A DNA stretch of 64,000 nucleotides from an uncultured Verrucomicrobiota bacterium (GTDB lineage: Bacteria > Verrucomicrobiota > Kiritimatiellia > JAAZAB01). The DNA is taken from contig CAYUHK010000004.1 in the NCBI GenBank assembly GCA_964444425.1, positions 12,837 to 76,836 on the forward strand. Direction: 5' to 3'. Each line of letters begins with the position of its first letter. Positions within the stretch are counted from its first letter, which is position 1. Below the pieces are notes generated by a model. That model had not been told where the DNA came from, did no database searches, and saw only the letters and a list, made by a program, of their open reading frames with translations. Position numbers and translations under genes: made by a program. This document shows, one piece after another, positions 1 to 8,912 of this stretch.

Positions 1-56
1 TTATTTGATGAGAGCATAAGATTTTTCCGTAGGCGGCAACCCCGGCGGTTAAGGCG

Positions 57-1205
57 TTAGGGAGCTGCCGGCGCGCTCGCGCGGATTTCCAGAGCATTAG
101 GAATGATAACCGCGCCTTTGCGGCAGGCCAAGCTAGAACGTACGGCAACCCGCCGCGCTATAGTGGGGCAGGCAGGATCGCAAAGGCCCAGCTGGATTTG
201 ATAGCTGCCAGGCACAGCGTTAGTTGGAATCTTTAGCACGCGTTTCACGCGCAAATCGCGCACGTCGTGGGCGACTGGCGGATAATGGTCATCTTGAAAG
301 TGATAACCTTTCGGGCCGTTAAAATGGACGAAGGCCACGCAGGGTTCAGGGTCCCAGTCCGGCGGCCGGTCCCAGAAATAACGGATATATGCTGAGCTGC
401 CCGGGTAGATAGGCTTGTCCTGAATATCTAAGCTCAACAGGCGGACGCCATTAGCGAACTGGGCCAGCGGCGCTTCGGCGTGGCGGGTTAATTCATCCAG
501 GGTTACCAAATGAAAGCCGGCGGCGATCAAACGCTCTAGAATTGGGCCAAGGATGACGGGGAGGTAGCGGCGCCCCGGCACATCGGGGTGTGCGTCGTGA
601 CCATCATGCAAGAGTATAATATCACCAGCGGTTACTTGAGAAATCATCAGCTCGAAGAGCTCCTGCTTGGAGTGAGGGTTCCAGTCATTGGCATCGGTAG
701 ACCAGCCCGCGATGGTCAGACCATGTGCGCGGCAAAAATCTTCTAGGCCAACTCCATTGATGCCATAAGGCGGGCGCAGCCAAGTTGGCTTAATGCCGGT
801 GATTTCGCTGATCACCCTTTCGCTCGCCAGGATGTCCTGCTGGATGGCCTCGGCTGAGAGCTGGTCAAAGCGCTGATGCGCGAAACCATGATTACAGATA
901 AGATGACCCTCGCGTGCCATGCGCTTGACTATTTCGGGATCAGAGATGGCATTGGCGCCCAGTAGAAAGAAATTGGCTCGCACGTTAAAGTTTCGCAGTA
1001 TGTCCAGGATGTTTGCGGTGACTATGCCGTTGGGGCCGTCATCAAAACTCAGGCTGATCATTTTTTTGGCATTGGGTACAAAGTATATCGTAGTACCGGG
1101 CTGGCTGGAAGCTGGCGGCCGGCAAGCCATGAAATTAAAGACGCCGGCCGTCAACAGGCTTAGCAGAAGATAACGCTTGATTTGTATGAAAGAGGGCCGC
1201 TTCAT
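57..1205 (-). CDS. polysaccharide deacetylase (NodB/CE4 domain), probable lipoprotein
   Basis: 382-aa ORF. N-terminal signal peptide with lipobox-like FMAC. NodB-type motifs SFDDGP, HGFAH, RPPYG. About 120-aa C-terminal extension of unknown function. Confidence 0.8.
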   Translation of the reverse strand: MKRPSFIQIKRYLLLSLLTAGVFNFMACRPPASSQPGTTIYFVPNAKKMISLSFDDGPNGIVTANILDILRNFNVRANFFLLGANAISDPEIVKRMAREGHLICNHGFAHQRFDQLSAEAIQQDILASERVISEITGIKPTWLRPPYGINGVGLEDFCRAHGLTIAGWSTDANDWNPHSKQELFELMISQVTAGDIILLHDGHDAHPDVPGRRYLPVILGPILERLIAAGFHLVTLDELTRHAEAPLAQFANGVRLLSLDIQDKPIYPGSSAYIRYFWDRPPDWDPEPCVAFVHFNGPKGYHFQDDHYPPVAHDVRDLRVKRVLKIPTNAVPGSYQIQLGLCDPACPTIARRVAVRSSLACRKGAVIIPNALEIRASAPAAP

Positions 1206-1267
1206 ATCAAACGCCTGTATGAAAATATTTGGCTATTCCAAGAAAGCTTTTTGAAGCTGGGCCTTTC

Positions 1268-1657
1268 CTAACTGGCTCGTTCCCTGGCTATCGGCGCCTG
1301 AGCTAATTTCGTTAATAGCGTGTGCGCGGCCGGATCGCCTTGGTCGGCGGCGCGTTGCAGCCATTGCAGAGCCTGAGGCATGTCTTGGTGCACGCCCAAG
1401 CCTACGCGTAACATGTTGCCGATTTGAAATTGGGCGGCAACGTGGCCGCCTTCCGCCGCCCGGCGATACCATTCCGCCGCCGCGCTGTAGTTTTGGGTAA
1501 CCTGTTCGCCATCGTAATACATGTCGGCTAAGCGGCACTGGGCTTCGCCGTCGCCAGCGGCGGCGCGTTGGCGCACGGCTAGCAGCGCCGGCGGCTCGCT
1601 CAGCGCTGACGAGTCGACGTTGAGCAAGCGCTTAAGCATTTGTAAAAAAGCACGCAT
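1268..1657 (-). CDS. Sel1-like repeat protein
   Basis: 129-aa ORF with Sel1/TPR-like repeats (AEWYRRAAEGGHVAAQFQIGNML, LQWLQRAADQGDPAAH). The overlapping ORF at 1233..1538 in another frame is taken as spurious. Confidence 0.55.
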   Translation of the reverse strand: MRAFLQMLKRLLNVDSSALSEPPALLAVRQRAAAGDGEAQCRLADMYYDGEQVTQNYSAAAEWYRRAAEGGHVAAQFQIGNMLRVGLGVHQDMPQALQWLQRAADQGDPAAHTLLTKLAQAPIARERAS

Positions 1658-1658
1658 A

Positions 1659-2444
1659 TCATCGCAAGGTTTTCAGAAAACCAGCTATCCTTTTTAACAC
1701 TGCGACCTCAGCGGCGTCGGCGCCTTCATATTCCACCGAGAGAAAACCACGAAAGCCGGCTTGCGCCAGGATGGAGTGAATGCGCGCCCAATCAAAATTC
1801 TGATCGCGGCCATCCGCGAGAACATCGAAGAATTTAGCATGCACGATGGCGGCGTGGGGCGCACAACGCTGAATGGATTGATAGGTCTGCGGGCCCACCT
1901 GGCTGGTTGGCGGAAAATTACCCGTGTCTAAAGTGAATTTAAAAAATTCGTTGTCGACATCGCGCTGCAGCTTGAGCAGCTGATCGGCAGTGGTGCCGCC
2001 ATGGTTTTCCATCGCCATGACAATGCCTTGGCGGGCGCCCAACTCAGCGATTTGTTTGATCGCCTGGAGCACCTTTTGATATAGGCTGCTGCCGCCAGCT
2101 TCCAGCTCGGCGCCGCTGCCGCAGAAAAAGCGTACGCAGGGCGCTCCCAAGAAGGCGGCTACCTCCACCCAACGGGCGATCCCTTCGATCTGCTTCTGGC
2201 GTTCGGCGTCGTCATCAACTGTTAAGTGGCCATCGGCGGAAACCATTGCAATGGTCAAAAAATTATCGCTGCAGGCCTTTTTAAGTTTAATGAGATAATC
2301 GCGCTGTGTGCTCGGAAAATGACAGCCTAATAATTCCACTCCATCCAGGCCCAAGGCGGCACATTCCTTCAGCCATTGTATTTGATCCATAGAACCTTTT
2401 TCGAAGGCGCGGTGATAACTCCAAGAGCTACAAGATGTCTTCAT
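1659..2444 (-). CDS. sugar phosphate isomerase/epimerase (xylose isomerase-like TIM barrel)
   Basis: 261-aa ORF with the typical AP-endonuclease-2 / xylose-isomerase-like barrel pattern (LDGVEL, HAKF, VEYEG). Confidence 0.7.
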   Translation of the reverse strand: MKTSCSSWSYHRAFEKGSMDQIQWLKECAALGLDGVELLGCHFPSTQRDYLIKLKKACSDNFLTIAMVSADGHLTVDDDAERQKQIEGIARWVEVAAFLGAPCVRFFCGSGAELEAGGSSLYQKVLQAIKQIAELGARQGIVMAMENHGGTTADQLLKLQRDVDNEFFKFTLDTGNFPPTSQVGPQTYQSIQRCAPHAAIVHAKFFDVLADGRDQNFDWARIHSILAQAGFRGFLSVEYEGADAAEVAVLKRIAGFLKTLR

Positions 2445-2630
2445 GCTATTCTCCTTGTAATTTATGGATTAATGGGGCAAAGCCTAACAAGTCAAGCTTG
2501 GAAGTCAAGCAGAAGATGTATTGTGGGCGCGCACTTGATGATTAAGCTCTAGGCCCAGCTTGGCTGGAGCGGCCTAGCTTGGATTGCAGCCTTGAAATAA
2601 TAGGCTTAAACAACTATCCTTTGGCATCGC

Positions 2631-3620
2631 ATGAGAGCTCGGACGGCTTTATTTTTTAAGCGCTATAAATCTCTCCTCAGGGTGCTGATCAGCCTGTTGC
2701 TGCTGGCTTATGTCGCGCGGCAGATTGATTGGCGCGCCGGCCTGAGCCTGATGCCGCGCGCCAATCTGGTTTTAATGGCCCTAGCGGTTATCCTGCTAAC
2801 TCTTGAACGCATCGTGAGCGTGCTTAAGTGGTTCTTGCTTTTGCGCGCGCGCGGCGGCCGGATTTCTTTTGGGCGGCTATTGATTATTAATTACGTGGGC
2901 GGCTTCTGGGGCCTGATCCTGCCATCCAGCGTCAGCGCCGATATCGTCCGCGGCTATTATCTGGCGCGGACATCCGCCGGCCTGGCTCTAACGGTAACCT
3001 CCATGTTTATGGATCGGGTCCTATCGGGATTGGCCTTGCTTTCTTTGGCAGCGCTCGGCGGCTGGCTGGCCGGCAATCGTTTTGGCTTTGTGCATCATCG
3101 CGCAGTCATCGCCCTGGGCTTGGGCCTCGCCGGTCTGGCGCTGGCGCTGCTGACGCGGCCGGCTGTCTTGGGTTGGCTTGAGCGAGTTATAGCCCAGCGC
3201 GGCGGCCAGCGGCCCTTGCAACAGCGCTTGCGCGCTTGGCTGCAGTTTTGTTTGGAATATCGGCGATATCGCGGGTTGCTGGCACGAACCTTTGGGCTAT
3301 CCATCCTGATGCAGGTGATCAGGGTGTTGGTGTTTTATCTGGTGGCCGAGGCTTTTCAGGTTCATATTCCCATGCTCTATTATTTATTGTTTACGCCGAT
3401 CATTACGGTTTTAATCATGTTGCCGGTGGCCTTTGGTGGAATCGGCATCCGCGAGGGTAGTTTCGTGGCTTTCTTCACGCTGGTGGGGGTAGGTTCAGCC
3501 GACGCCTTCGTGATTTCCTTTACTGTCTCCCTGCTGACCATTTTGACGACAGCCGTGGGCGGGGTCATTTATCTATGCGATAAAGGCGCCCAGCCGCCGG
3601 CGCCCAGTCAGTCGACTTGA
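2631..3620 (+). CDS. flippase-like / lysylphosphatidylglycerol-synthase TM-domain family membrane protein
   Basis: 329-aa polytopic membrane ORF. Basic N-terminus followed by about 8 hydrophobic segments, resembling the UPF0104/LPG_synthase_TM family. Confidence 0.55.
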   Translation: MRARTALFFKRYKSLLRVLISLLLLAYVARQIDWRAGLSLMPRANLVLMALAVILLTLERIVSVLKWFLLLRARGGRISFGRLLIINYVGGFWGLILPSSVSADIVRGYYLARTSAGLALTVTSMFMDRVLSGLALLSLAALGGWLAGNRFGFVHHRAVIALGLGLAGLALALLTRPAVLGWLERVIAQRGGQRPLQQRLRAWLQFCLEYRRYRGLLARTFGLSILMQVIRVLVFYLVAEAFQVHIPMLYYLLFTPIITVLIMLPVAFGGIGIREGSFVAFFTLVGVGSADAFVISFTVSLLTILTTAVGGVIYLCDKGAQPPAPSQST

Positions 3621-3724
3621 ACGGCCTGGGCCAGCTAAAAATCCAATCTAAAAATTCTTGCCAAGCGCGCGGTCTTCTCGACATAATGCCTTTTTTGATC
3701 AACCCAGCAGGGAGGAATCCAGCT

Positions 3725-4297
3725 ATGACGCTCAGCGCATCGGATCTGCGCAAGGGTTTGCGCCTGGAAATCGACGGCGCCCCTTACATCATCACCGAGT
3801 TCAATTTTCTTAAACCGGGCAAAGGCGCATCCATTTATAACTGTAAGCTTAAAAACCTGATCACCGGCGGCAGCTTGACCAAGAGTTATCGCTCTAACGA
3901 TGTCTTTGATGAACCTAATCTGGACGAGCGCAGCATGCGCTATTCCTATATCGATGGCGATCAATATGTGTTCATGGATAAAAATTATGAACAGATCCAT
4001 GTTGACGCCAGCGTTTTGGGCGATCAACGCTTTTTTCTAGTGGAAGATATCGAGGTGCGCGTGCTGATTCATAACGGTCGGCCGATTGGCGTGGAGCTGC
4101 CTACCTTCGTGGAGAAGACCATCGTGGAGACAGAGCCGGGCTTCCGTGGCAATACGGCTACCAACGTTCTCAAGCCAGCCAAAATCGAAGGCGGCTATGA
4201 AATTCAGGTGCCCCTGTTCATCAACCAGGGCGATATCGTCAAGATCGATACGCGTAGCGGCGGCTATAGCGACCGCGTCCGCATCGCCCGGAATTAA
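3725..4297 (+). CDS. efp: elongation factor P
   Basis: 190-aa product MTLSASDLRKGLRLEIDGAPYIITEFNFLKPGKGASIY... with the conserved KPGKG loop. GGGAGG RBS lies 9 nt upstream of ATG 3725. The six-frame ORF starts earlier at 3617, but that N-terminus is not EF-P-like. Confidence 0.9.
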   Translation: MTLSASDLRKGLRLEIDGAPYIITEFNFLKPGKGASIYNCKLKNLITGGSLTKSYRSNDVFDEPNLDERSMRYSYIDGDQYVFMDKNYEQIHVDASVLGDQRFFLVEDIEVRVLIHNGRPIGVELPTFVEKTIVETEPGFRGNTATNVLKPAKIEGGYEIQVPLFINQGDIVKIDTRSGGYSDRVRIARN

Positions 4298-4334
4298 AAT
4301 GGCCAGCTCTAGCGCCGGCCGGCGGAAAGAGCCT

Positions 4335-5246
4335 ATGCAAGCTTCTTTAGCTTCCCACAAATCGGTTCTGGAACTGCGCGCCGCCACCCTGCGGGCCATT
4401 CGCCAGTTCTTTTGCGAACGCGCTTTTTTGGAAGTGGATACCCCGCTGCGCGTGCCAGCGCCGGCCTTGGAGTTGTATATCGACGCCATTCCCGCCGGCG
4501 GCGAATACCTGCGCACCTCGCCTGAGCTGCAAATGAAACGTTTGTTGGCAGCCGGCTACCCGCGTTTATTTCAAATCGGACCTTGTTTTCGCCAGGATGA
4601 GCGTGGCGATCGCCACCATCCTGAATTCAGCATGCTGGAATGGTACCGCGCCCAGGCCGATTATATGACGGTATTGGCCGATGCCAAAGCCCTGATCGCG
4701 GCTGTGGCTCAAGCCGTCTTAGGCCGCAGCTGCCTGAATTGGCCCGGCCGCCCCCCGCTTGAATTGCTGCCGGTTTGGGATGTGTTGACGGTGAGCCAGG
4801 CTTTTAAGAACTTTGCCGGCTGGGATCCAGTGGCCGCTTTCGACCCTGAACGCTTTGATCTGGATTTGGTAAATAAAGTGGAGCCAAACCTGTCTCTTGA
4901 GCGGCCGGTGGTACTGATGGATTATCCAGCCGCGGCCGCCGCCCTGGCGCGCCGCCGCCCCAGTGATCCGCGGCTGGCCGAGCGCTGGGAACTTTATATC
5001 GGCGGGCTGGAGCTGGCCAATGCCTGCAGCGAACTAACCGATCCCAAGGAACAGCGCGCCCGCTTCGCCGCCGCCGCCGCCGCGCGGGCTGCCCGCGGCG
5101 CGCCGGTTTATCCATCGGATGAGAAATTTCTGGCGGCCCTGGATGCCGGCCTGCCGCCATCGGCCGGAGTGGCCTTGGGGATCGACCGCCTAATCATGTT
5201 ATTGACCGGCGCGACTTCCTTGGATGCAGTTCTGCCTTTTCGGTGA
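4335..5246 (+). CDS. epmA: EF-P lysine-34 beta-lysyltransferase (class II Lys-tRNA synthetase-like, EpmA/GenX/PoxA)
   Basis: Class II aaRS catalytic core motifs (RAIRQFFCERAFLEVDTP, FRQDERGDRHHPEFSMLEWY, GIDRLIMLL) with no anticodon-binding domain, located directly after efp. An alternative start at 4299 overlaps the efp stop. Confidence 0.8.
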   Translation: MQASLASHKSVLELRAATLRAIRQFFCERAFLEVDTPLRVPAPALELYIDAIPAGGEYLRTSPELQMKRLLAAGYPRLFQIGPCFRQDERGDRHHPEFSMLEWYRAQADYMTVLADAKALIAAVAQAVLGRSCLNWPGRPPLELLPVWDVLTVSQAFKNFAGWDPVAAFDPERFDLDLVNKVEPNLSLERPVVLMDYPAAAAALARRRPSDPRLAERWELYIGGLELANACSELTDPKEQRARFAAAAAARAARGAPVYPSDEKFLAALDAGLPPSAGVALGIDRLIMLLTGATSLDAVLPFR

Positions 5247-5250
5247 ACTT

Positions 5251-5985
5251 ATGAATTTCATGGAAACTTTTTTGGGGGCCTGCCTGGTGCTGGCGGCCAC
5301 CGCCTTGGGCGCCGCCGGCATTTTGGCATTTCGTAAGATCGAGCGGCGCTATTTCGTGTTGATGGTGGCCTTTAGCGCTGGGGTGATGGGGTTCTCGGCC
5401 TTGGAGATGATCCTGGGAGCCTATGCCTTGACTGGCTCAGCTCCGGCCCTGAGCAGCTTCTTGATAGGCCTGCTATGTTTCTTCTTGCTTGATAGCCTGA
5501 TGCCGCACGCCCACATGATCCTTACCGGCAACCCCCTGCAGAGCGCCCGCCGCAAGGTGGCTCTGCTGGTTGGCACTATTACCCTCCATAATATCCCGGA
5601 AGGGCTGGCGGTGGCTTCGGCCTTCGCCGAGTCTTCCTCACTGGGCTGGCTGGTTACCCTTACCATAGCCCTGCAAGATATCCCCGAAGGATTGATAGTC
5701 TCGGCGCCAGCGTTGTGTTATGGCGTAACCACCCGGCGTTCCTTTGGCTGGGGCGTGTTGTCCGGAGTGGTGGAGTTTCTCGCCGCCTTGGGCGGATTCC
5801 TCTTTTTAAGTGCGGTGGCTAACGCCACGCCCTGGGCCCTGGGCTTTTCCAGCGGAGCCATGACCTATGTGGTTTTAGCTGAGCTGCTGCCGGATATCTT
5901 GCGCGCTGGTAATCGCCAGACGGCGCTGGCTCTCTTTCTGGTGGGTCTAGCTGCCGGCGCTGGTTTTGCAGCCTTGCTTAGCTAA
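5251..5985 (+). CDS. ZIP family metal (Zn/Fe) transporter
   Basis: Multi-TM protein with the ZIP signature HNIPEGLAV and a second repeat QDIPEGL. The ORF is open from 5224. Start 5251 (MNFMETF) is chosen to avoid overlap with epmA. Confidence 0.75.
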   Translation: MNFMETFLGACLVLAATALGAAGILAFRKIERRYFVLMVAFSAGVMGFSALEMILGAYALTGSAPALSSFLIGLLCFFLLDSLMPHAHMILTGNPLQSARRKVALLVGTITLHNIPEGLAVASAFAESSSLGWLVTLTIALQDIPEGLIVSAPALCYGVTTRRSFGWGVLSGVVEFLAALGGFLFLSAVANATPWALGFSSGAMTYVVLAELLPDILRAGNRQTALALFLVGLAAGAGFAALLS

Positions 5986-6221
5986 GCGCCCCCCCCTCCG
6001 GCCGCCTTGAGTTGCCTTCCTGCATTATCAGGTTTAGAGCGTGTCCCGCCTAAGTATAATTCCTGACGATGATGGTGGATACGACCCCGACTGTGGCTTG
6101 CAGGGAATCGCCGCTCAGGTATAATTCATCCTCTTGCAGGATATCTTTGCGCCGGCCAATCCCCTGGATGGGTGGCTATGAAGGGCGCCAGGGCGCTGGA
6201 GGGCGCGCGCGCCTGCGGCTC

Positions 6222-7577
6222 TCAAATGATGATGGCGCCGCCGGCCTGCAATAGGCGCCTGGTTTCGGCTGGGTTGACGCTGGCCACGCCGTGTTGACCC
6301 TTCCAGGCCTGCCAGGCCGCCACCCCGGCCGCTTCGCCGCATTGGTTCAGGTTGACCATGACGCGGACGGCGCCGAAGGCATCTCGATCCGCGTCCAGCA
6401 TGCGGCCAGCAACCAGGACATTGAAAGCCTTTTTGGGTATCAGGCAGCTCAGCGGTATCTGGTAAAATGGCAGCACCTCGCCCTCCGGCAGCCAGCGCTC
6501 GGCAGAAAGGAGTTGGCCGGCCCGATAAACGCGCGCTGTGCCATTCAAGGCTTTAAGGGAAATGGTTGCATCGGTGTCGTTATGAATGTCCACTGGGTAG
6601 GTGCCGTTGGCGATGGCATCGGGAAAGCGGCGTCCAGCCAGCAACTCTTCGCCGCGGAGCGTTCCTACGGAATAAATATGCAGACCTTCGCGAATGCCGA
6701 TTGCCGCTGGCAGAGTCTCTAGGCAGATCTGGCGCTGGGGAAATTCCATCCGGAGCATTGCCAGAATGGCTTTGATCTGGCGGCGGGCGGTAAGTTCCGC
6801 CCGGGTGATTTCATCGGCGTCGTTGCAGTCGCATTGCAAGACTCGCGTTCCAGCCAGCATATGGAGCTGGCTATTGGGAATTGACATATCCCAGTAATAG
6901 CCGCAGGGCAGGTCTGGCAGCTTTTCTCGATATTTATCCATGCATGCTTGCAGATTAAATCCGTCTGGGAAGGACCAGCCACTAAACCGGGCGCAGCTGG
7001 TTGGCGGCTGAGGATGCTCGGGGCGCCGCATGGCTAGGCCGGCGCTGCGCGTCAGCACGCCATCACCGGAAGCGTCGATAAATACTTTGGCACGAATGGC
7101 GTAACGGCCCGATTTATCCTCAGCGACAATCGCCTGCACCTGGCCGGGAGCGGCCATGACTGCCTGCGAAAAGGAGGTCTGTAGGTACAAAGTAATGTTT
7201 TTCTCGGCCATCACCATGGCATCGAGTTCCAGGGTGAGCTCCTCGGAATTCAAGCGGATACCATAATAGTCGGTCGGTTGACGGAAGGTGCTGCAGGCCG
7301 CGGTCTTCTCCAGGCGCTCAAGAGTTTCGAAGGTGAGCCCGCCGATGATCTGGCGGCTGCGCGTGATATCAAACAGCGAATGCCACATGCCGACCAGGCC
7401 CAAGGTGGCGACGCCGCCCAGCCGGTTCGACTTTTCCAGCAGCACAACCTTCGCGCCCAAGCGCGCCGCCCGCAATGCCGCAAACACGCCAGTGCAGCTG
7501 CCGCCGACCACGCAAATGTCGGCTTCAGTTTTGACAGCTAGCGTCTCGGGCGGCAGTAAAATTTTATTTTTATTCAT
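6222..7577 (-). CDS. FAD-dependent oxidoreductase (FAD_oxidored family)
   Basis: 451 aa with N-terminal dinucleotide-binding motif VVGGSCTGVFAALRAARLGAKVVLLEK. Lies 30 nt downstream of the btuD-like gene on the same strand. Confidence 0.7.
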   Translation of the reverse strand: MNKNKILLPPETLAVKTEADICVVGGSCTGVFAALRAARLGAKVVLLEKSNRLGGVATLGLVGMWHSLFDITRSRQIIGGLTFETLERLEKTAACSTFRQPTDYYGIRLNSEELTLELDAMVMAEKNITLYLQTSFSQAVMAAPGQVQAIVAEDKSGRYAIRAKVFIDASGDGVLTRSAGLAMRRPEHPQPPTSCARFSGWSFPDGFNLQACMDKYREKLPDLPCGYYWDMSIPNSQLHMLAGTRVLQCDCNDADEITRAELTARRQIKAILAMLRMEFPQRQICLETLPAAIGIREGLHIYSVGTLRGEELLAGRRFPDAIANGTYPVDIHNDTDATISLKALNGTARVYRAGQLLSAERWLPEGEVLPFYQIPLSCLIPKKAFNVLVAGRMLDADRDAFGAVRVMVNLNQCGEAAGVAAWQAWKGQHGVASVNPAETRRLLQAGGAIII

Positions 7578-7607
7578 GTTAGCCTGATTTATTTCTATTG
7601 ATTAATT

Positions 7608-8912
7608 TCATCCTAACCCAGGTTGACTGGGGCGGCCCTGGGGCATGAGCGCGGCGGCCAAGCTGGCCAGGGCCTCATGGACTTGGCTCCAAGGTCGCGC
7701 GCCATTTTGAAGCATTATTTTAATGCGCGCGGAAGCGGCCTGGTCGGCGGTATAATCGCGGCCAGCCAGGTCGCGATCGTTGATCAGCACGATTTTACCG
7801 CTCCGCAGGGCGCTGGCGGCTATGTCCAGATTGACCAAGTTACCAGGTCCGAAGGGCACCTGGCAGACTATCACGGCAGCGGCAGCGGCGGCCAGCCGCT
7901 GAGCCTCTGCTAAGGCGGCCGGCGCGATTGGTGAAAATGGTTTTTCGAGGGCTTGCTCTGCGCCTAGCGCGGCGGCAGTTTGGGCGTCGGAATCCAACTG
8001 GTTAAGCACGCCGCAGGAGAGGCGGTAGCCGCTCAGCGAAAGTCGCCGCAAGAGCTCAGCGCCGCTGCCGCCGCCAGCAATCAAATGCACGCGCGCGTTG
8101 GTGTCACCGGCTGATTGGGGCAAGCGCCGCGAGGGCGCCACGAAGAGGCCGCCGGTTTGGTTATCCTGTTGCACGTGCAGGTCGCAGCGATAAACCTCTC
8201 GCAGGATGTCTTTCTGCAGCACCGCCGCCGGCGGGCCATCGGCGGCCACGCGGCCTTGATCTAGCAGGACCAAGCGTTGGCAGAACTCGGCGGCCAGGTT
8301 TAAATCGTGGCTGGTCATAAGCACGGTTACGCCTTGTTCGCGGTTGAGGCGTTCAACTATTTGCATGATTTCCAGCGAATGGTTTAGGTCGAGATGGGTG
8401 GTAGGTTCGTCCATCACGATCAGGCGGGGTTGCTGGGCCAGGGCCATGGCTATGATGGCGCGTTGCTTTTCGCCGCCGCTCAGGGCATCGAGGGGACGGT
8501 CGCCTAGCTCGTGCACATCTGTTTGGGCCATGGCGCGTTGGGCCACCTGGCGGTCGGCGGCGGAGGGTTGTTGCCAGGGTTTAAGCAGAGCTGCGCGGCC
8601 CATCAAGACCAGCTCGGCAACGCTATAGGCCATGGGAGTCTTGAGTTCCTGGGGCACTACCGCCACCAGCCGGGCGCGCTCGGCGGCGCGCAGCTTATTT
8701 AGATTTTGACCGAACAAGCGCACCGTGCCGCTGCTTGGCGGCAGCAGGCCGGTAAGCACGCGCAGCAAAGTGGATTTGCCGGCGCCATTAGGACCTAGCA
8801 GGGCGACGCTTTCGCCGGCAGCCACACTCAGGTTAAGGTTTTGAAATATCAGAGCCGTGCCATAGCCGGCGCTTAATTGTTGGAGTTCGCAAGCCGGTTT
8901 CATTCCAGCCAC
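7608..8912 (-). CDS. ABC transporter ATP-binding protein (BtuD/FecE-like) with ~170-aa C-terminal extension of unknown function
   Basis: Walker A GPNGAGKST, ABC signature LSGGEKQR, Walker B LIVMDEPT and H-loop in the first ~260 aa. The C-terminal ~170 aa (HLIAGGGSGAELL...VIVCQVPFGPGNLVNL...) match no motif I recognise. Confidence 0.8.
   Translation of the reverse strand: MAGMKPACELQQLSAGYGTALIFQNLNLSVAAGESVALLGPNGAGKSTLLRVLTGLLPPSSGTVRLFGQNLNKLRAAERARLVAVVPQELKTPMAYSVAELVLMGRAALLKPWQQPSAADRQVAQRAMAQTDVHELGDRPLDALSGGEKQRAIIAMALAQQPRLIVMDEPTTHLDLNHSLEIMQIVERLNREQGVTVLMTSHDLNLAAEFCQRLVLLDQGRVAADGPPAAVLQKDILREVYRCDLHVQQDNQTGGLFVAPSRRLPQSAGDTNARVHLIAGGGSGAELLRRLSLSGYRLSCGVLNQLDSDAQTAAALGAEQALEKPFSPIAPAALAEAQRLAAAAAAVIVCQVPFGPGNLVNLDIAASALRSGKIVLINDRDLAGRDYTADQAASARIKIMLQNGARPWSQVHEALASLAAALMPQGRPSQPGLG

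Noticed and set aside
1233-1538. 101-aa Arg/Pro-rich ORF
   Set aside because: It overlaps the Sel1-repeat gene in another frame, and its composition is typical of out-of-frame GC-rich translation.
3635-4027. 130-aa minus-strand ORF
   Set aside because: Antisense to efp, so spurious.
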